NCBI GenBank assembly: GCA_934167305.1
Contig: CAKPKQ010000002.1
Span: forward strand, 26,791-90,790
Origin: an uncultured Clostridia bacterium
GTDB taxonomy: Bacteria; Bacillota; Clostridia; TANB77; CAG-508
Length of the DNA stretch: 64,000 nucleotides
Reading direction: 5' to 3'
The stretch's first letter is position 1. Each line of letters begins with the position of its first letter. The position numbers and the translations under genes were made by a program. Below are positions 19,584 to 29,228 of this stretch, piece after piece. The notes under the pieces are model-generated. The model made no database searches and was not told where the DNA came from. It saw nothing but the letters and a program-made list of their open reading frames with translations.

Positions 19584-21332
19584 TCATTTAACATATAGTA
19601 TTGGTCTAAATCCATAAATTATGTCATTATAGCTTACTTCCCATTTCATTCTTGAGTTAATTGTAAGTGAACTATCATAGAAAATTCCACCTCTTGTTAC
19701 ACATGGTGTATATTCTTCTTCATCAGCAAAAAACTCTGTTGTCCATTCAAACAAATTGCCGCTCATATCAAATATCTTGCACACTTCGTCTCCTGTTTCT
19801 CCTGTATTTCTTATTGTTCCGTTTCCATCTGATTTAATGGCATAACTATTGCCTTTCATTTTTTTCATATATACTATAGTTGTGTCCCATGCATAACTAT
19901 TTATCAAATCACATGCCACTGTTTCATTAGCTTTATACATGTTTTTACATACTTTAGCAGCATTTGATTGATTAATGCAATTCCATAATGTTCCTTTGTT
20001 ATAATTCATTTGACTCATACTCATTGCTGTAGATTTTTTTGACATTGGTTTTGCATTTTTATATCTTTCAGAATCATTTTCTCCTTGCTCATTATACCCT
20101 TCATTATAACTTGCTTCATATCTTGCTATATAAAATCCTTTATTTACCTTTACATTGTTTATAAATTCTTTCAAATTTTCCGCAGATGTGTTTATTTCAA
20201 CAAAGTCATCTTCTCCATTTGATTCTCTATATTCTTTTAATTCTTTATATTGGCCTATTGGAGTTTCATTTTCATAGTTATCACCACTTTGAACCATTGT
20301 TTCTTCTCCACTTGAATTAAAAGTATATCTACCTAATGTTATTACAACTTTGCTTCCATCATCTTTTATTATTGGATTACTATTACTTCCATCAGTATTA
20401 CTTACAGGTACCCACACGAACTGATTTCCATCAGCATCTTCTACAACAATTCCTTGTTCAACTGTACTACCTGAATCGCTTGCTAATTTAAAGCCTCCTG
20501 GTATTACTATATTGTTCCCTTTTGAATCTTGCATGATTCTTGTTATATATTGAACCTCAATTGGCCCCTTTATTGTTTCTTTTGCATTACTTGCTTTATC
20601 AACTGATAATATATGTATATACCATGGTTTTGAGCTTGCCAGATTTAAGCTTATAGTTTGGTTATCACTAGTAAAAGTATTAGTATAATTTGAGCTATCT
20701 AGTCCAAGTGCAGTATTGGAATTATTTAATATCCATTTACACTTGGAAATATCAATTCCAGTTTCATTATCAATATGTTCTACTGTTACTGAATTAACTT
20801 TATTATTTGCAATATCAACATCAAATGTAGTTAATGCCTCTTCTGGCACTATATTATCCATAATTCTTACTGTAGTTGTAGTATTCTCCACAACTGCTTT
20901 GTCTTTCACAGCTCTATAAACCAATGTACTATTATGTGGCAGGTCTGTTATTGGACCAGTATAAGTTGTCCACACACCACTTGAAACACCCTTTTTGTAT
21001 TCAATTTTATATTCATCTGCAACCTTTTGATTTGCAATTACCATTAATTCTATAGTTGCATATCCATTTTTCCATTTTTTAATTCCCAATTGCTCAATTC
21101 TTACTTCTTTTGTATTTGCCTCTTTAAGTATAACATCAAGTTGATCTATTAACTCTTTTACCTTTCGATCATTTTTTTGTTGTTTTTCTTCCATTCTATC
21201 TGATAAGTCCGTAGCCTGATCTGTCATTCCATCTTCATCAATTAATGTATTAACTGTTGCTCCAACTAATATTAATATTACAATTATTGTTACTGCTAAA
21301 ACAATTAATGTAACACCTCTTTGATTTTTCAT
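19584..21332 (-). CDS. Modular surface protein, paralog: prepilin-like module + Ig-like region + FGE-sulfatase/CLec-fold domain
   Basis: MKNQRGVTLIVLAVTIIVILIL leader with a GAGG RBS. Shared middle block DNETGIDISKCKW...HILSVDKASNAKETIKGPI. C-terminal motifs FVWVP, GFYIARYE, NSYAWDT, GDEVCKIFDMSGNLFEWTTE, TRGG..., GFRPILYV. Confidence 0.8.
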   Translation of the reverse strand: MKNQRGVTLIVLAVTIIVILILVGATVNTLIDEDGMTDQATDLSDRMEEKQQKNDRKVKELIDQLDVILKEANTKEVRIEQLGIKKWKNGYATIELMVIANQKVADEYKIEYKKGVSSGVWTTYTGPITDLPHNSTLVYRAVKDKAVVENTTTTVRIMDNIVPEEALTTFDVDIANNKVNSVTVEHIDNETGIDISKCKWILNNSNTALGLDSSNYTNTFTSDNQTISLNLASSKPWYIHILSVDKASNAKETIKGPIEVQYITRIMQDSKGNNIVIPGGFKLASDSGSTVEQGIVVEDADGNQFVWVPVSNTDGSNSNPIIKDDGSKVVITLGRYTFNSSGEETMVQSGDNYENETPIGQYKELKEYRESNGEDDFVEINTSAENLKEFINNVKVNKGFYIARYEASYNEGYNEQGENDSERYKNAKPMSKKSTAMSMSQMNYNKGTLWNCINQSNAAKVCKNMYKANETVACDLINSYAWDTTIVYMKKMKGNSYAIKSDGNGTIRNTGETGDEVCKIFDMSGNLFEWTTEFFADEEEYTPCVTRGGIFYDSSLTINSRMKWEVSYNDIIYGFRPILYVK

Positions 21333-21387
21333 TTTAAATACCTCTTATTTTGAATTTTAGTCTTTTAATTCCAGTTTTACTGAAGGT

Positions 21388-22287
21388 TTAAGTGAAACTA
21401 TTGGCATTAGTTACAATTTTCCCAATATAATATTTAAAATTATTTTCTGTTAATGTTACTGTTTCTCCGTTTATTACTACTTTTGGAGATTTTGATACAT
21501 CTGCTCTGCATTTTTTTACAGTTTCTCTAGCATTTCCTGCATTATCTACAGATAATACATGTAAATACCATGCTCCTGCTGTGTCACCAGATATTTCAAT
21601 TTTTTCACCATCATTTGTAAAAGAATTACTATATTTGCTTGCTTCTGTTCCTATTAGTGAACTTATTTGATTAATCTCCCATTTACATGCTGTAATTTTT
21701 ATTCCACTTTCATTATCAGTATGGCTGATTGTTGCAGAGCCACTATACCCTGTAGCCATATCTGTATCTAATATTATAGTTGCTTCTTTAGGAGCTATTT
21801 TATCTAATATAGTTATGCTTGTTGTGTCACTTACAGCAACACTATTACTATCAATTGCATAACATAATATAGTATCCCCATTATCACCTGTAATTGAGTC
21901 TTTGTATGTATTCCACACTCTATTAATTCCTCTTGTTGATGCTGTTTTTTTATACAATATGTCATATTCATCTGTAGGATATCCACCATCTAAAACTTTT
22001 AATTTTATTGTAGCTTTTCCATCTTTCCACACAGTTTTTCCATCTTGTACAACCTCAATTTGAGGAGACTCCTCTGGATTCATTATTGAATCTAATTCAT
22101 CAGCCATATCTTTAATTTTTTTATCATTTTCTTTACTACTTTTTTCAACATTTTTTGATAAGTCTACAGCTTGATTACTAAGTCCTTCATCATCTAACAA
22201 AGCTGCCAAAGTCGTACTTGCTAAAATAAGTAATATTATTATTGTTACTACTAAAGCGATTAATGTTATACCTTTTTGATTTTTCAT
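21388..22287 (-). CDS. Modular surface protein, paralog lacking the FGE domain: prepilin-like module + Ig-like region
   Basis: Start at MKNQKGITLIALVVTIIILLIL (GTGAGGA RBS). Shares DNESGIKITACKW...YLHVLSVDNAGNARETV with the two larger paralogs and ends shortly after that block. Confidence 0.75.
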   Translation of the reverse strand: MKNQKGITLIALVVTIIILLILASTTLAALLDDEGLSNQAVDLSKNVEKSSKENDKKIKDMADELDSIMNPEESPQIEVVQDGKTVWKDGKATIKLKVLDGGYPTDEYDILYKKTASTRGINRVWNTYKDSITGDNGDTILCYAIDSNSVAVSDTTSITILDKIAPKEATIILDTDMATGYSGSATISHTDNESGIKITACKWEINQISSLIGTEASKYSNSFTNDGEKIEISGDTAGAWYLHVLSVDNAGNARETVKKCRADVSKSPKVVINGETVTLTENNFKYYIGKIVTNANSFT

Positions 22288-22493
22288 TTTAATCCTCACT
22301 TTTTCTAATCTATTCCCTTTTAATTTTACATCATTTATTACTATAAAGTAAATATACATAGAGTATATGTAATATAATTTTAATATAATTGTAACGATTT
22401 TGTAACACTCTGTTTTTAGCTTAAATATTGACTTTAAAAAATCGTTATGGTAGTATAAATTAATAATTATGTTTCTTGAAAGGAAGGTAACAA

Positions 22494-22985
22494 ATGAAAG
22501 AATCCAGAAATAAAATTCTTTTATGTATTTTAATTATTTTAATAGTATTACTAATTATAGTGTGTATTTTAGTAAATGTAGGTAAATTTATAAAAAATAA
22601 AGAAAACCCCGAAAATTCTGAATCAAACAATATAGAAAAGTATCTTACTGTTATACCAGAAGATCTTGATTCTGATGATACAGAAAGTGCCAATATAAAA
22701 TCTTTAAAAATTACGAAAAAATATAATAAAATAGAAATTTACAATATACAATTTTTCTTGCAAAATAAAAAAACAATTTTATCTATAACTCAAAAAAATA
22801 CAGACAGCAAAGAACATAAGCAAGAAATAGTTTCAATGTCTGCTTTAGATGATAAAGGTTCTGTTATAAGCACCTTCAATATACCTCTACTTAACCTTAA
22901 TCCAGGTGAATCTCTATCATTTAACATGTCAATCGAAACAGATTTATCAAATATGAAAGACTTTAGCATTAAAGCTAAAGAGTAA
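22494..22985 (+). CDS. Hypothetical membrane-anchored protein
   Basis: GGAAGG RBS, one N-terminal TM helix (ILLCILIILIVLLIIVCILV), transcribed divergently from the pilin-like cluster. No family recognised. Confidence 0.55.
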   Translation: MKESRNKILLCILIILIVLLIIVCILVNVGKFIKNKENPENSESNNIEKYLTVIPEDLDSDDTESANIKSLKITKKYNKIEIYNIQFFLQNKKTILSITQKNTDSKEHKQEIVSMSALDDKGSVISTFNIPLLNLNPGESLSFNMSIETDLSNMKDFSIKAKE

Positions 22986-23030
22986 TATTATTTAAAAAAA
23001 TGAGTAAACTTTGAAGTTTACTCATTTTTG

Positions 23031-23384
23031 TTATTTTGCATTTTCAGCTACTTTTACTATTTCAGTAAATGCTTTAGGATCAGATACTGCAAGTTCAGCT
23101 AACATTTTTCTATTAACAACTACATTTGCTTTTTTTAGTCCTGCAACTAATTTGCTATATGTTGTTCCATTCATTCTAGCTGCTGCATTAATTCTTGCTA
23201 TCCATAATTTTCTAAAATTACTCTTTTTGTCTTTTCTTCCTGTATAAGCATAGTTTCCAGATTTCATAACAGCTTGTTTAGCCATTCTAAATCTATAGTG
23301 TTTTGCACCATAATAACCTTTTGCTCTTTTTAATATTTTTTTATGTTTTTTACGAGTAATTATTGCTGTTTTTACTCTTGCCAT
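23031..23384 (-). CDS. rplT: 50S ribosomal protein L20
   Basis: [28 protein letters not shown]... is a canonical L20, the last gene of infC-rpmI-rplT. Confidence 0.97.
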   Translation of the reverse strand: MARVKTAIITRKKHKKILKRAKGYYGAKHYRFRMAKQAVMKSGNYAYTGRKDKKSNFRKLWIARINAAARMNGTTYSKLVAGLKKANVVVNRKMLAELAVSDPKAFTEIVKVAENAK

Positions 23385-23414
23385 TTTTATTCACCTTCCT
23401 CTATTCTTCTATTT

Positions 23415-23618
23415 TTAGTTTCCATATGGTAGCATTTTTTTGATTCCTGCTTCACATGTTTTATCTGCATAAGCATCTTGTACTTTTCCTCTAGATTTTG
23501 CTCTGCTTGTTTTTCTTGCTAAAATATGTCTTTTATTAGCCTTTGTTCTTTTAACTTTTCCAGTAGCTGTGTAAGAATATCTCTTTTTAGCTGCTTTATT
23601 TGTTTTTAGTTTTGGCAT
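23415..23618 (-). CDS. rpmI: 50S ribosomal protein L35
   Basis: MPKLKTNKAAKKRYSYTATGKVKR... is a canonical L35. Confidence 0.95.
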   Translation of the reverse strand: MPKLKTNKAAKKRYSYTATGKVKRTKANKRHILARKTSRAKSRGKVQDAYADKTCEAGIKKMLPYGN

Positions 23619-23655
23619 GATTTTATTCCTCCTTTAAATTTATTGCTTATATATA

Positions 23656-24174
23656 TTACTTATCAGCTTTTTTAGCTAATATAATAAACATGTTTTTTCC
23701 CTCTAAAAGTGGTTTTTTCTCTGGAACAGAAATATCTGACAAATCATCTATAAATTTTTGAAGAACTTCTTCTCCTAATTTAATATAGTTCATTTCTCTT
23801 CCTCTAAATTTTAATGTGATTTTAACCTTATTACCATCTTCTAAAAATTTTCTTGCATTTTTTGCTTTGAATTCAAAATCATGAGTGTCAATATTAGGTG
23901 TAATACGAATTTCTTTTACTTCAAAAACCTTTTGTTTTTTACGAGCTTCTTTTTCTCTTTTAGCTTGTTCAAATTTGTATTTTCCATAATTCATAATTTT
24001 GCATACTGGCATTTCTGGGTTTGGTGATACCATAACCAAATCTAATTTTTTGTCAAATGCCATATTCAATGCATCTTCAATATTTACTGTGCCTTGTTTT
24101 TCTCCATTTTCGTCAATTAATTGTACTTTACTTGCTCTAATTTGTTCATTAATTGGTAAATCTTGTTTTATAAT
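23656..24174 (-). CDS. infC: Translation initiation factor IF-3 (non-ATG start)
   Basis: The ORF-track ATG truncates the N-domain. In frame upstream is ATT-ATA-AAA... giving (M)IKQDLPINEQIRASKVQLIDENGEKQG, preceded by GGAGGTG. An ATT/ATA start is the known autoregulated feature of infC. Confidence 0.85.
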   Translation of the reverse strand: MIKQDLPINEQIRASKVQLIDENGEKQGTVNIEDALNMAFDKKLDLVMVSPNPEMPVCKIMNYGKYKFEQAKREKEARKKQKVFEVKEIRITPNIDTHDFEFKAKNARKFLEDGNKVKITLKFRGREMNYIKLGEEVLQKFIDDLSDISVPEKKPLLEGKNMFIILAKKADK

Positions 24175-24184
24175 AAAACACCTC

Positions 24185-24339
24185 CATAAAAAAAGATTGA
24201 TTTAAAAATCAATCCACACATAAAAATACTTAATAAATTAAGTAAAATATTTACCTTTTTGCTAGTAGCTTAAGGTGAGCATGGATTGCTTCTTTTATTT
24301 ACGTTTATAAGTATAGCATATATTTTATTTGTTTGTCAA
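24185..24339 (-). promoter_or_regulatory. infC operon promoter and attenuator-type leader (L20-leader-like)
   Basis: On the minus strand: TTGACA (24339-24334), 18 nt, TATACT (24315-24310). The leader ends in the hairpin GGATTGATTTTTAAATCAATC plus a T7 run (24195-24214) just before the RBS. This matches the known L20-dependent attenuation architecture. The L20 binding fold was not verified. Confidence 0.45.
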
Positions 24340-24491
24340 CTATTTTTTACAATTTACTTGACTTTTTTATGTTTTTGTATTAAAATAATTAAGCATGTGT
24401 ATGATTGTAATTATTTTTAAAGCTTCTCCCCGGTAGCTGAAAAATAATTTCATATAGATTATTTGAATTTGAAATGGAGGATATGATTACC

Positions 24492-24929
24492 ATGAATAAT
24501 ACAACATATAGTATTAAAAAAAGTGAAATTGAAAGCAAATGGTATATTATTGATGCAGCTGATAAGCCATTAGGTAGAGTTGCTGCTGAAGCTGCTAAAT
24601 TATTAAGAGGAAAACATAAACCAACTTATACACCTCATATGGATGTTGGTGATCACGTTATTATAATTAACTGTGATAAAGTTGTTTTAACAGGTAGAAA
24701 ATTAGATCAAAAAATTTACAGAAGTCATTCAGGATATATTGGTGGAATGAAAGAAACTACAGCTAGAGATTTATTAGCTAAAAATCCTGAAAAAATGATG
24801 ACTCATGCCGTTGAAGGTATGCTTCCTCATACAAGACTTGGTAGACAAATGGCTAAAAAATTAAGAGTATATGCTGGTAGCGAGCATGAAAATATCGCTC
24901 AAAAACCTGAAGTTTGGGAGGTAAAATAA
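24492..24929 (+). CDS. rplM: 50S ribosomal protein L13
   Basis: Start chosen at ATG 24492 (GGAGG 11 nt upstream). Motifs [29 protein letters not shown] and NCDKVVLTG. Confidence 0.95.
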   Translation: MNNTTYSIKKSEIESKWYIIDAADKPLGRVAAEAAKLLRGKHKPTYTPHMDVGDHVIIINCDKVVLTGRKLDQKIYRSHSGYIGGMKETTARDLLAKNPEKMMTHAVEGMLPHTRLGRQMAKKLRVYAGSEHENIAQKPEVWEVK

Positions 24930-24930
24930 A

Positions 24931-25335
24931 ATGGCTAAGAAATCTGATAATATTGTTTTTTTAGGAACAGGAAGAAGAAAAAAATCAATTGCTAGAGTAA
25001 GATTAGTAGAAGGAAAAGGAAACATTACTGTTAACGGTAAAGCTTTAGATGAATACTTTGGAACAGAAGTATTAAAAGTTATAGTAAAACAACCATTAGT
25101 TGCAACAAATACATTAGATAAATATGATGTTATTTGTAAAGTTGTTGGTGGTGGATTTACAGGTCAAGCAGGAGCTATTCGTCATGGTATAGCAAGAGCA
25201 TTAAATGAAGCTAATAGCGAATACAGACCAGCTTTAAAATCTGCAGGATTCTTAACAAGAGATCCTCGTATGAAAGAAAGAAAAAAATACGGTCTTAAAA
25301 AAGCTAGAAAAGCTCCACAATTTAGTAAACGTTAA
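24931..25335 (+). CDS. rpsI: 30S ribosomal protein S9
   Basis: [14 protein letters not shown]...[19 protein letters not shown]...[12 protein letters not shown] is a canonical S9. Confidence 0.97.
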   Translation: MAKKSDNIVFLGTGRRKKSIARVRLVEGKGNITVNGKALDEYFGTEVLKVIVKQPLVATNTLDKYDVICKVVGGGFTGQAGAIRHGIARALNEANSEYRPALKSAGFLTRDPRMKERKKYGLKKARKAPQFSKR

Positions 25336-25342
25336 AATTCAA

Positions 25343-25374
25343 AAGAAGTTGCAGTATATGCAACTTCTTTTTTT
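25343..25374 (+). terminator. Intrinsic terminator of rplM-rpsI
   Basis: AAGAAGTTGCAgtatatGCAACTTCTT followed by a T-run. Confidence 0.8.
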
Positions 25375-25384
25375 ATGCCATCTT

Positions 25385-25461
25385 GGACGGAGAATATTGG
25401 CACATTTGACTAGCAATGAAGAATGAAATTAAATTTTAAAATGTGCCAATATTCTCCGTCC
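25385..25461. repeat. Long inverted repeat (22-23 bp arms, about 32-nt loop)
   Basis: ggacggagaatattggcacatt ... aatgtgccaatattctccgtcc, lying in the convergent rpsI/yunB gap. Confidence 0.8.
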
Positions 25462-25477
25462 CAGATAGCACAAATAA

Positions 25478-26194
25478 CTATTCTATTATATCTATTGCAT
25501 TATCTTTTGTAATTCCATTTAAGTTATAATAAGCATTTGGAATATCTCCTACTATTACTCCTTCTGCTATAAGTACTTGATTTGCAATTACTTCTTCCAT
25601 TGTTTCTAATGGCGTTAGTATTATCACCCTACATTTTATTTCTAAATATATTCTATGCAATGTTTGGTTTATTCCAGCTGATGTAAATTCTGATCTTAAA
25701 TCAGTCTCCATGTCTCCTACCATTTGTACTTTTACATTCACCTTTGGTCCCATACCAGAAAACAATTTACTTCCCAAAAAACTTCCTAATGGAATTTTAA
25801 AACTACTATTTTCCTCTCTTTCCAATTCTTCTTGTATATATACAGGAATATCAGATATTATCTTATTAATTGTAAAAATATTAGTTCCAACTCTATTTAT
25901 ATTTCCATTCTGATCTTTACTTATTTCAAGTATGTCATCATATTCATATTTTGCCATTACTTCGGTAGCTTTAATGTTTGATACTTTAGTTGCAACAGAT
26001 TTTGCCATACTTTTACAGTTTTTCTCAATTATTGGTTGAATTCCCTTTATGCCAAAACTTGCTGTGCTAATTGCTATTGCAAGTATAATCGCTATTTTAA
26101 ATAATTTAGACAAATCTTTTTGGTTCATATCTCTGTTTTTGAACGTTATTTTAGGTAACCTTAATCGTGATCGTGAATAAATTTTATCACTCAT
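25478..26194 (-). CDS. yunB: Sporulation protein YunB
   Basis: N-terminal TM segment and the YunB-type C-terminus (FTSAGINQTLHRIYLEIKCRVIILTPL...IAEGVIVGDIPNAY). Confidence 0.75.
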   Translation of the reverse strand: MSDKIYSRSRLRLPKITFKNRDMNQKDLSKLFKIAIILAIAISTASFGIKGIQPIIEKNCKSMAKSVATKVSNIKATEVMAKYEYDDILEISKDQNGNINRVGTNIFTINKIISDIPVYIQEELEREENSSFKIPLGSFLGSKLFSGMGPKVNVKVQMVGDMETDLRSEFTSAGINQTLHRIYLEIKCRVIILTPLETMEEVIANQVLIAEGVIVGDIPNAYYNLNGITKDNAIDIIE

Positions 26195-27713
26195 GATATC
26201 TAGGAATATATAATTGTTTTCCTATTTGCAAATTTTCTGAATTTTCTATTCCATTTACCCTACTAATATCTTCCACTGTACTTCCAAATTTCTTTGCAAT
26301 ACTCCATAAAGTATCTCCTGGTTTTACAAAATATATAATCATACTATATTGACAAGTGCTTCTATCTTCCGCTTCTGTAATCTCATCTATAATAGAAACA
26401 TTACCATCTTTTCCACTAATTGCTGTAAACCCTAAGTCCACCCTTATTTCTATACTTTCATCTGGCATTACAACAAAATTTTGTGCCTCTATTTCAATTA
26501 CCGTATCCACATTGTTGTTTGAATTTATTCCTTCAAAATCCATAGTATAACTAAATGGCAGACTTATTTCTTTTGTTTCTATTCCCACATTTCCTGCATA
26601 CAAAAAGTTTAATTTTAAATCTCCATCATATATTATTCTGTCATTTAAAATCGTCTGTTCTTCAATTATAGGTTGAACTTCTACATCATATATTTTTCTA
26701 CTTCCTATTTCTGGAATCACTTGTTTTTCCTTTATATTATATGTTTGTTTTCTTGTATTTTGATTTTGCGTTACCTTTATATTTTTCTTACTGAACTTTA
26801 ATTCATGAGTTGGACTATATAAATCTTGTATCATTTCTAAATTTTTATTTTCATATGCTTCACAATACACTTCTATTTCTGCTTCAACGTATATAGAATG
26901 TTCTTCAACATTATTAGGTTTTATAATAATATTTTTTATTTCATACTTTACATTGCAAGTATGTTCTTCACTAATATTCGGTAAATCTATAAATCCAACT
27001 ACTGGAATAGTTGCCTCTTTTATATTTATGCGATTATCCTCTGTTAAATATATAATTTTTACTTGTAAATCAGATTTTATAAGTATTTTATTATAACTCG
27101 TTTTAACGTCACGATTTGTTATTCTTACATCTGCTCTCATCACTTCTACTAAATTATCTGCTTCGTCAATATTAATTGTATCTTTTGCATATATTTTTGT
27201 GTTTCCTGTTCCAATTAACGAATTAATTTGTATTTCCTTATTTAAACATTGTACATCTCTTAAGTTATTTATTTCTTTTGCATATTCAATATTTTCATTT
27301 GATGAAACTTTAGCATCAATTTCTAATATAGCTTTTACGTGTAGTTTCCTACCATTTAACACATGTGCTTCAATTCCCTTTAACACCACATTAGCATCCA
27401 AATTCATTTCACTTTTTATTTTTTCAACATCAATCATTTGAGTAAAATCTATATTAGTATTCAAACTTCTAACCTGATTTTCTTCTGTATCAGCTAAATA
27501 CATAATGTATGTGTTTACACATCCATCCAGTCTAATTTTCTCATCCATAATTTCTTTTTTATAAATGCAAACAATCCCACTAGCACTGATAATATTTAAA
27601 ATGTCTGGTTTCACATCAGGAACAATGCAATCTTCTTCTACTACAAAGCTTTCTCTTTTTTGTCCAATAATTTGATTCAAAGTTAGACTATCCTTTATTG
27701 TTTCAATTGCCAT
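26187..27713 (-). CDS. DUF3794 repeat protein with C-terminal LysM domain (spore-associated, SafA/SpoVID-like architecture)
   Basis: C-terminal LysM (YFVKPGDTLWSIAKKFGSTVEDISRVNGI...LQIGKQLYIP) preceded by long beta-rich repeats typical of DUF3794 proteins. Confidence 0.7.
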   Translation of the reverse strand: MAIETIKDSLTLNQIIGQKRESFVVEEDCIVPDVKPDILNIISASGIVCIYKKEIMDEKIRLDGCVNTYIMYLADTEENQVRSLNTNIDFTQMIDVEKIKSEMNLDANVVLKGIEAHVLNGRKLHVKAILEIDAKVSSNENIEYAKEINNLRDVQCLNKEIQINSLIGTGNTKIYAKDTINIDEADNLVEVMRADVRITNRDVKTSYNKILIKSDLQVKIIYLTEDNRINIKEATIPVVGFIDLPNISEEHTCNVKYEIKNIIIKPNNVEEHSIYVEAEIEVYCEAYENKNLEMIQDLYSPTHELKFSKKNIKVTQNQNTRKQTYNIKEKQVIPEIGSRKIYDVEVQPIIEEQTILNDRIIYDGDLKLNFLYAGNVGIETKEISLPFSYTMDFEGINSNNNVDTVIEIEAQNFVVMPDESIEIRVDLGFTAISGKDGNVSIIDEITEAEDRSTCQYSMIIYFVKPGDTLWSIAKKFGSTVEDISRVNGIENSENLQIGKQLYIPRYHE

Positions 27714-27803
27714 TTTTTTACCCTCCTATTTGTTTTTATTAATATATATTGACAAGGCATAAAAAAAATTCCTAAAATTAGGAATTTTTTTATTTTTGTA
27801 TTA

Positions 27804-28100
27804 TCATGCTAAGTTTTTTTGTTTTTTTACTTCTGCTACAGGTGGAATTAATGGACTATAGCCATCACCATCAAATACATCAACTTCAACAGTTCTTGTT
27901 AAAACATCAGTGTAACTATAAGTAACATTTCTATTCTCTTCCTCATATTTTATAACAAAAATATTTGGATAAGCTTTTTCTATTGTAGCTTCTTTTTCAA
28001 AGGTCTTGCATCTTCCAAGTGAACCTTTAACAATTATCTTTTGTCCTATCATTTCATTAATGTCAGTTTTTAAATTAGTAATATCATTTGGACAAATCAT
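27804..28100 (-). CDS. veg: Veg family protein
   Basis: The segment LKTDINEMIGQKIIVKGSLGRCKTFEKEATIEKAYPNIFVIKY...VTYSYTDVLTRTVEV matches Veg (DUF1021). Start at ATG 28100 is preferred over 28139. It is adjacent to yabG, as in Bacillus. Confidence 0.8.
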   Translation of the reverse strand: MICPNDITNLKTDINEMIGQKIIVKGSLGRCKTFEKEATIEKAYPNIFVIKYEEENRNVTYSYTDVLTRTVEVDVFDGDGYSPLIPPVAEVKKQKNLA

Positions 28101-28279
28101 ATCATCACCTACTTCATTAAGATAGGCAAATAATATCATTTTTAGTCGATTTTGTCAAAGAAGGTTTGTTCGTATTTACATTGTTTGATTCAGTGTTCAA
28201 AATACTTGCCAGTCTTATATTACATTTATATTACGATTATATTACAATATTTTTACTAAATCTTCTTCATATATACTTT

Positions 28280-29114
28280 TTATATTGTCAATAATTTCTT
28301 TTTTCCATTTCCCCCTATTCCACTCACACCTCTTTGACCATCTCTAAGTTCACCCTCAATATCCTTTATTGTCACAAACTTTTTTTCATCTGTAATTGCA
28401 ACTTTTTCAGCAACAATTATAGGATCCATAAAATCAATTAAAATACGTGCTGGTGATGATGCAAAGTTTGCACCTGCCATCATTATTCCTTCATAATAAC
28501 TTTGACAAGCTCCAGCAAAAATTACTAAATCAGCTCTTGTATTATTCTTTCTAGCCTCTTCTACAGTCTTTATAAAATATTCAGAATTCCTATAGTTATA
28601 TATATCTGTAAAATTTTTTCCTTTTTTTATCATTCCATCATGACCTGTTATAACTAATATTTCAGGTCTATACTTTCTTACTAATGAGCCAACAAAAGCT
28701 GGTTGTTTTCTTTCTGGAATATTTTTTACAATAGCATTTAAACCAACTTTTTTGTAATATATATTAGATTTTTCACTATACTTTTTATCTCCATCTATAT
28801 GCAAAATTCTCCCAGTATGAACTATCGTCTTTTCTCTTACATCTTTATTACTTTTTAATAAATTTTCTCTTACCTTTATCCTTTTTTCAACAGTCTCTTC
28901 CATTGCTCTTAAATGTTGCTCAACCTGATTAGTCTCTATAATTTCTAGGTCATTCACATCACTATCAGCTTGAATTCTAACTGTTAATCCGTTTAAGTAT
29001 TGCTATATCACTATTTCTGGTTTTTATTATTCTTTCTACTATAAAATAAATATCTTTTCCATAAGATAATCTTCCTACTATATCTCCTTTTTTTATTTTT
29101 TTCATATCACTCAT
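28280..29114 (-). pseudogene. yabG: Sporulation peptidase YabG, interrupted by a +1 frameshift
   Basis: The N-terminal 41 codons (MSDMKKIKKGDIVGRLSYGKDIYFIVERIIKTRNSDIAILK, ATG at 29114) are in one frame. The remainder (GLTVRIQADSDVNDLEII...ITGHDGM...) is in another. Removing the single base 28991 joins them as ...AILKGLTVRIQAD... Confidence 0.7.
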
Positions 29115-29228
29115 CCCTTCGTATTTATGGAGCGCACTGTGCTCCGCTACAATTTTTCATAGACTACTTAACACTGTCTATGCATATAGGGTTATTATAT
29201 TTTATGTCGAATCCTGTAAAATTGTGAA

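Noticed and set aside
17558-21332. Diversity-generating retroelement (DGR) targeting the C-terminal FGE/C-type-lectin-fold domains
   Set aside because: The fold is a classic DGR variable-protein scaffold. However, there is no reverse transcriptase gene in the window. There is also no template-repeat copy: the two 3' ends are only loosely similar, and their differences are not restricted to adenine positions. A DGR elsewhere in the genome cannot be excluded.
24360-24475. L13 ribosomal leader upstream of rplM
   Set aside because: A plausible promoter (TTGACT-17-TAAAAT near 24356-24384) and a leader of about 95 nt exist. I could not identify a conserved L13-leader fold by eye, so it is not annotated as a feature.
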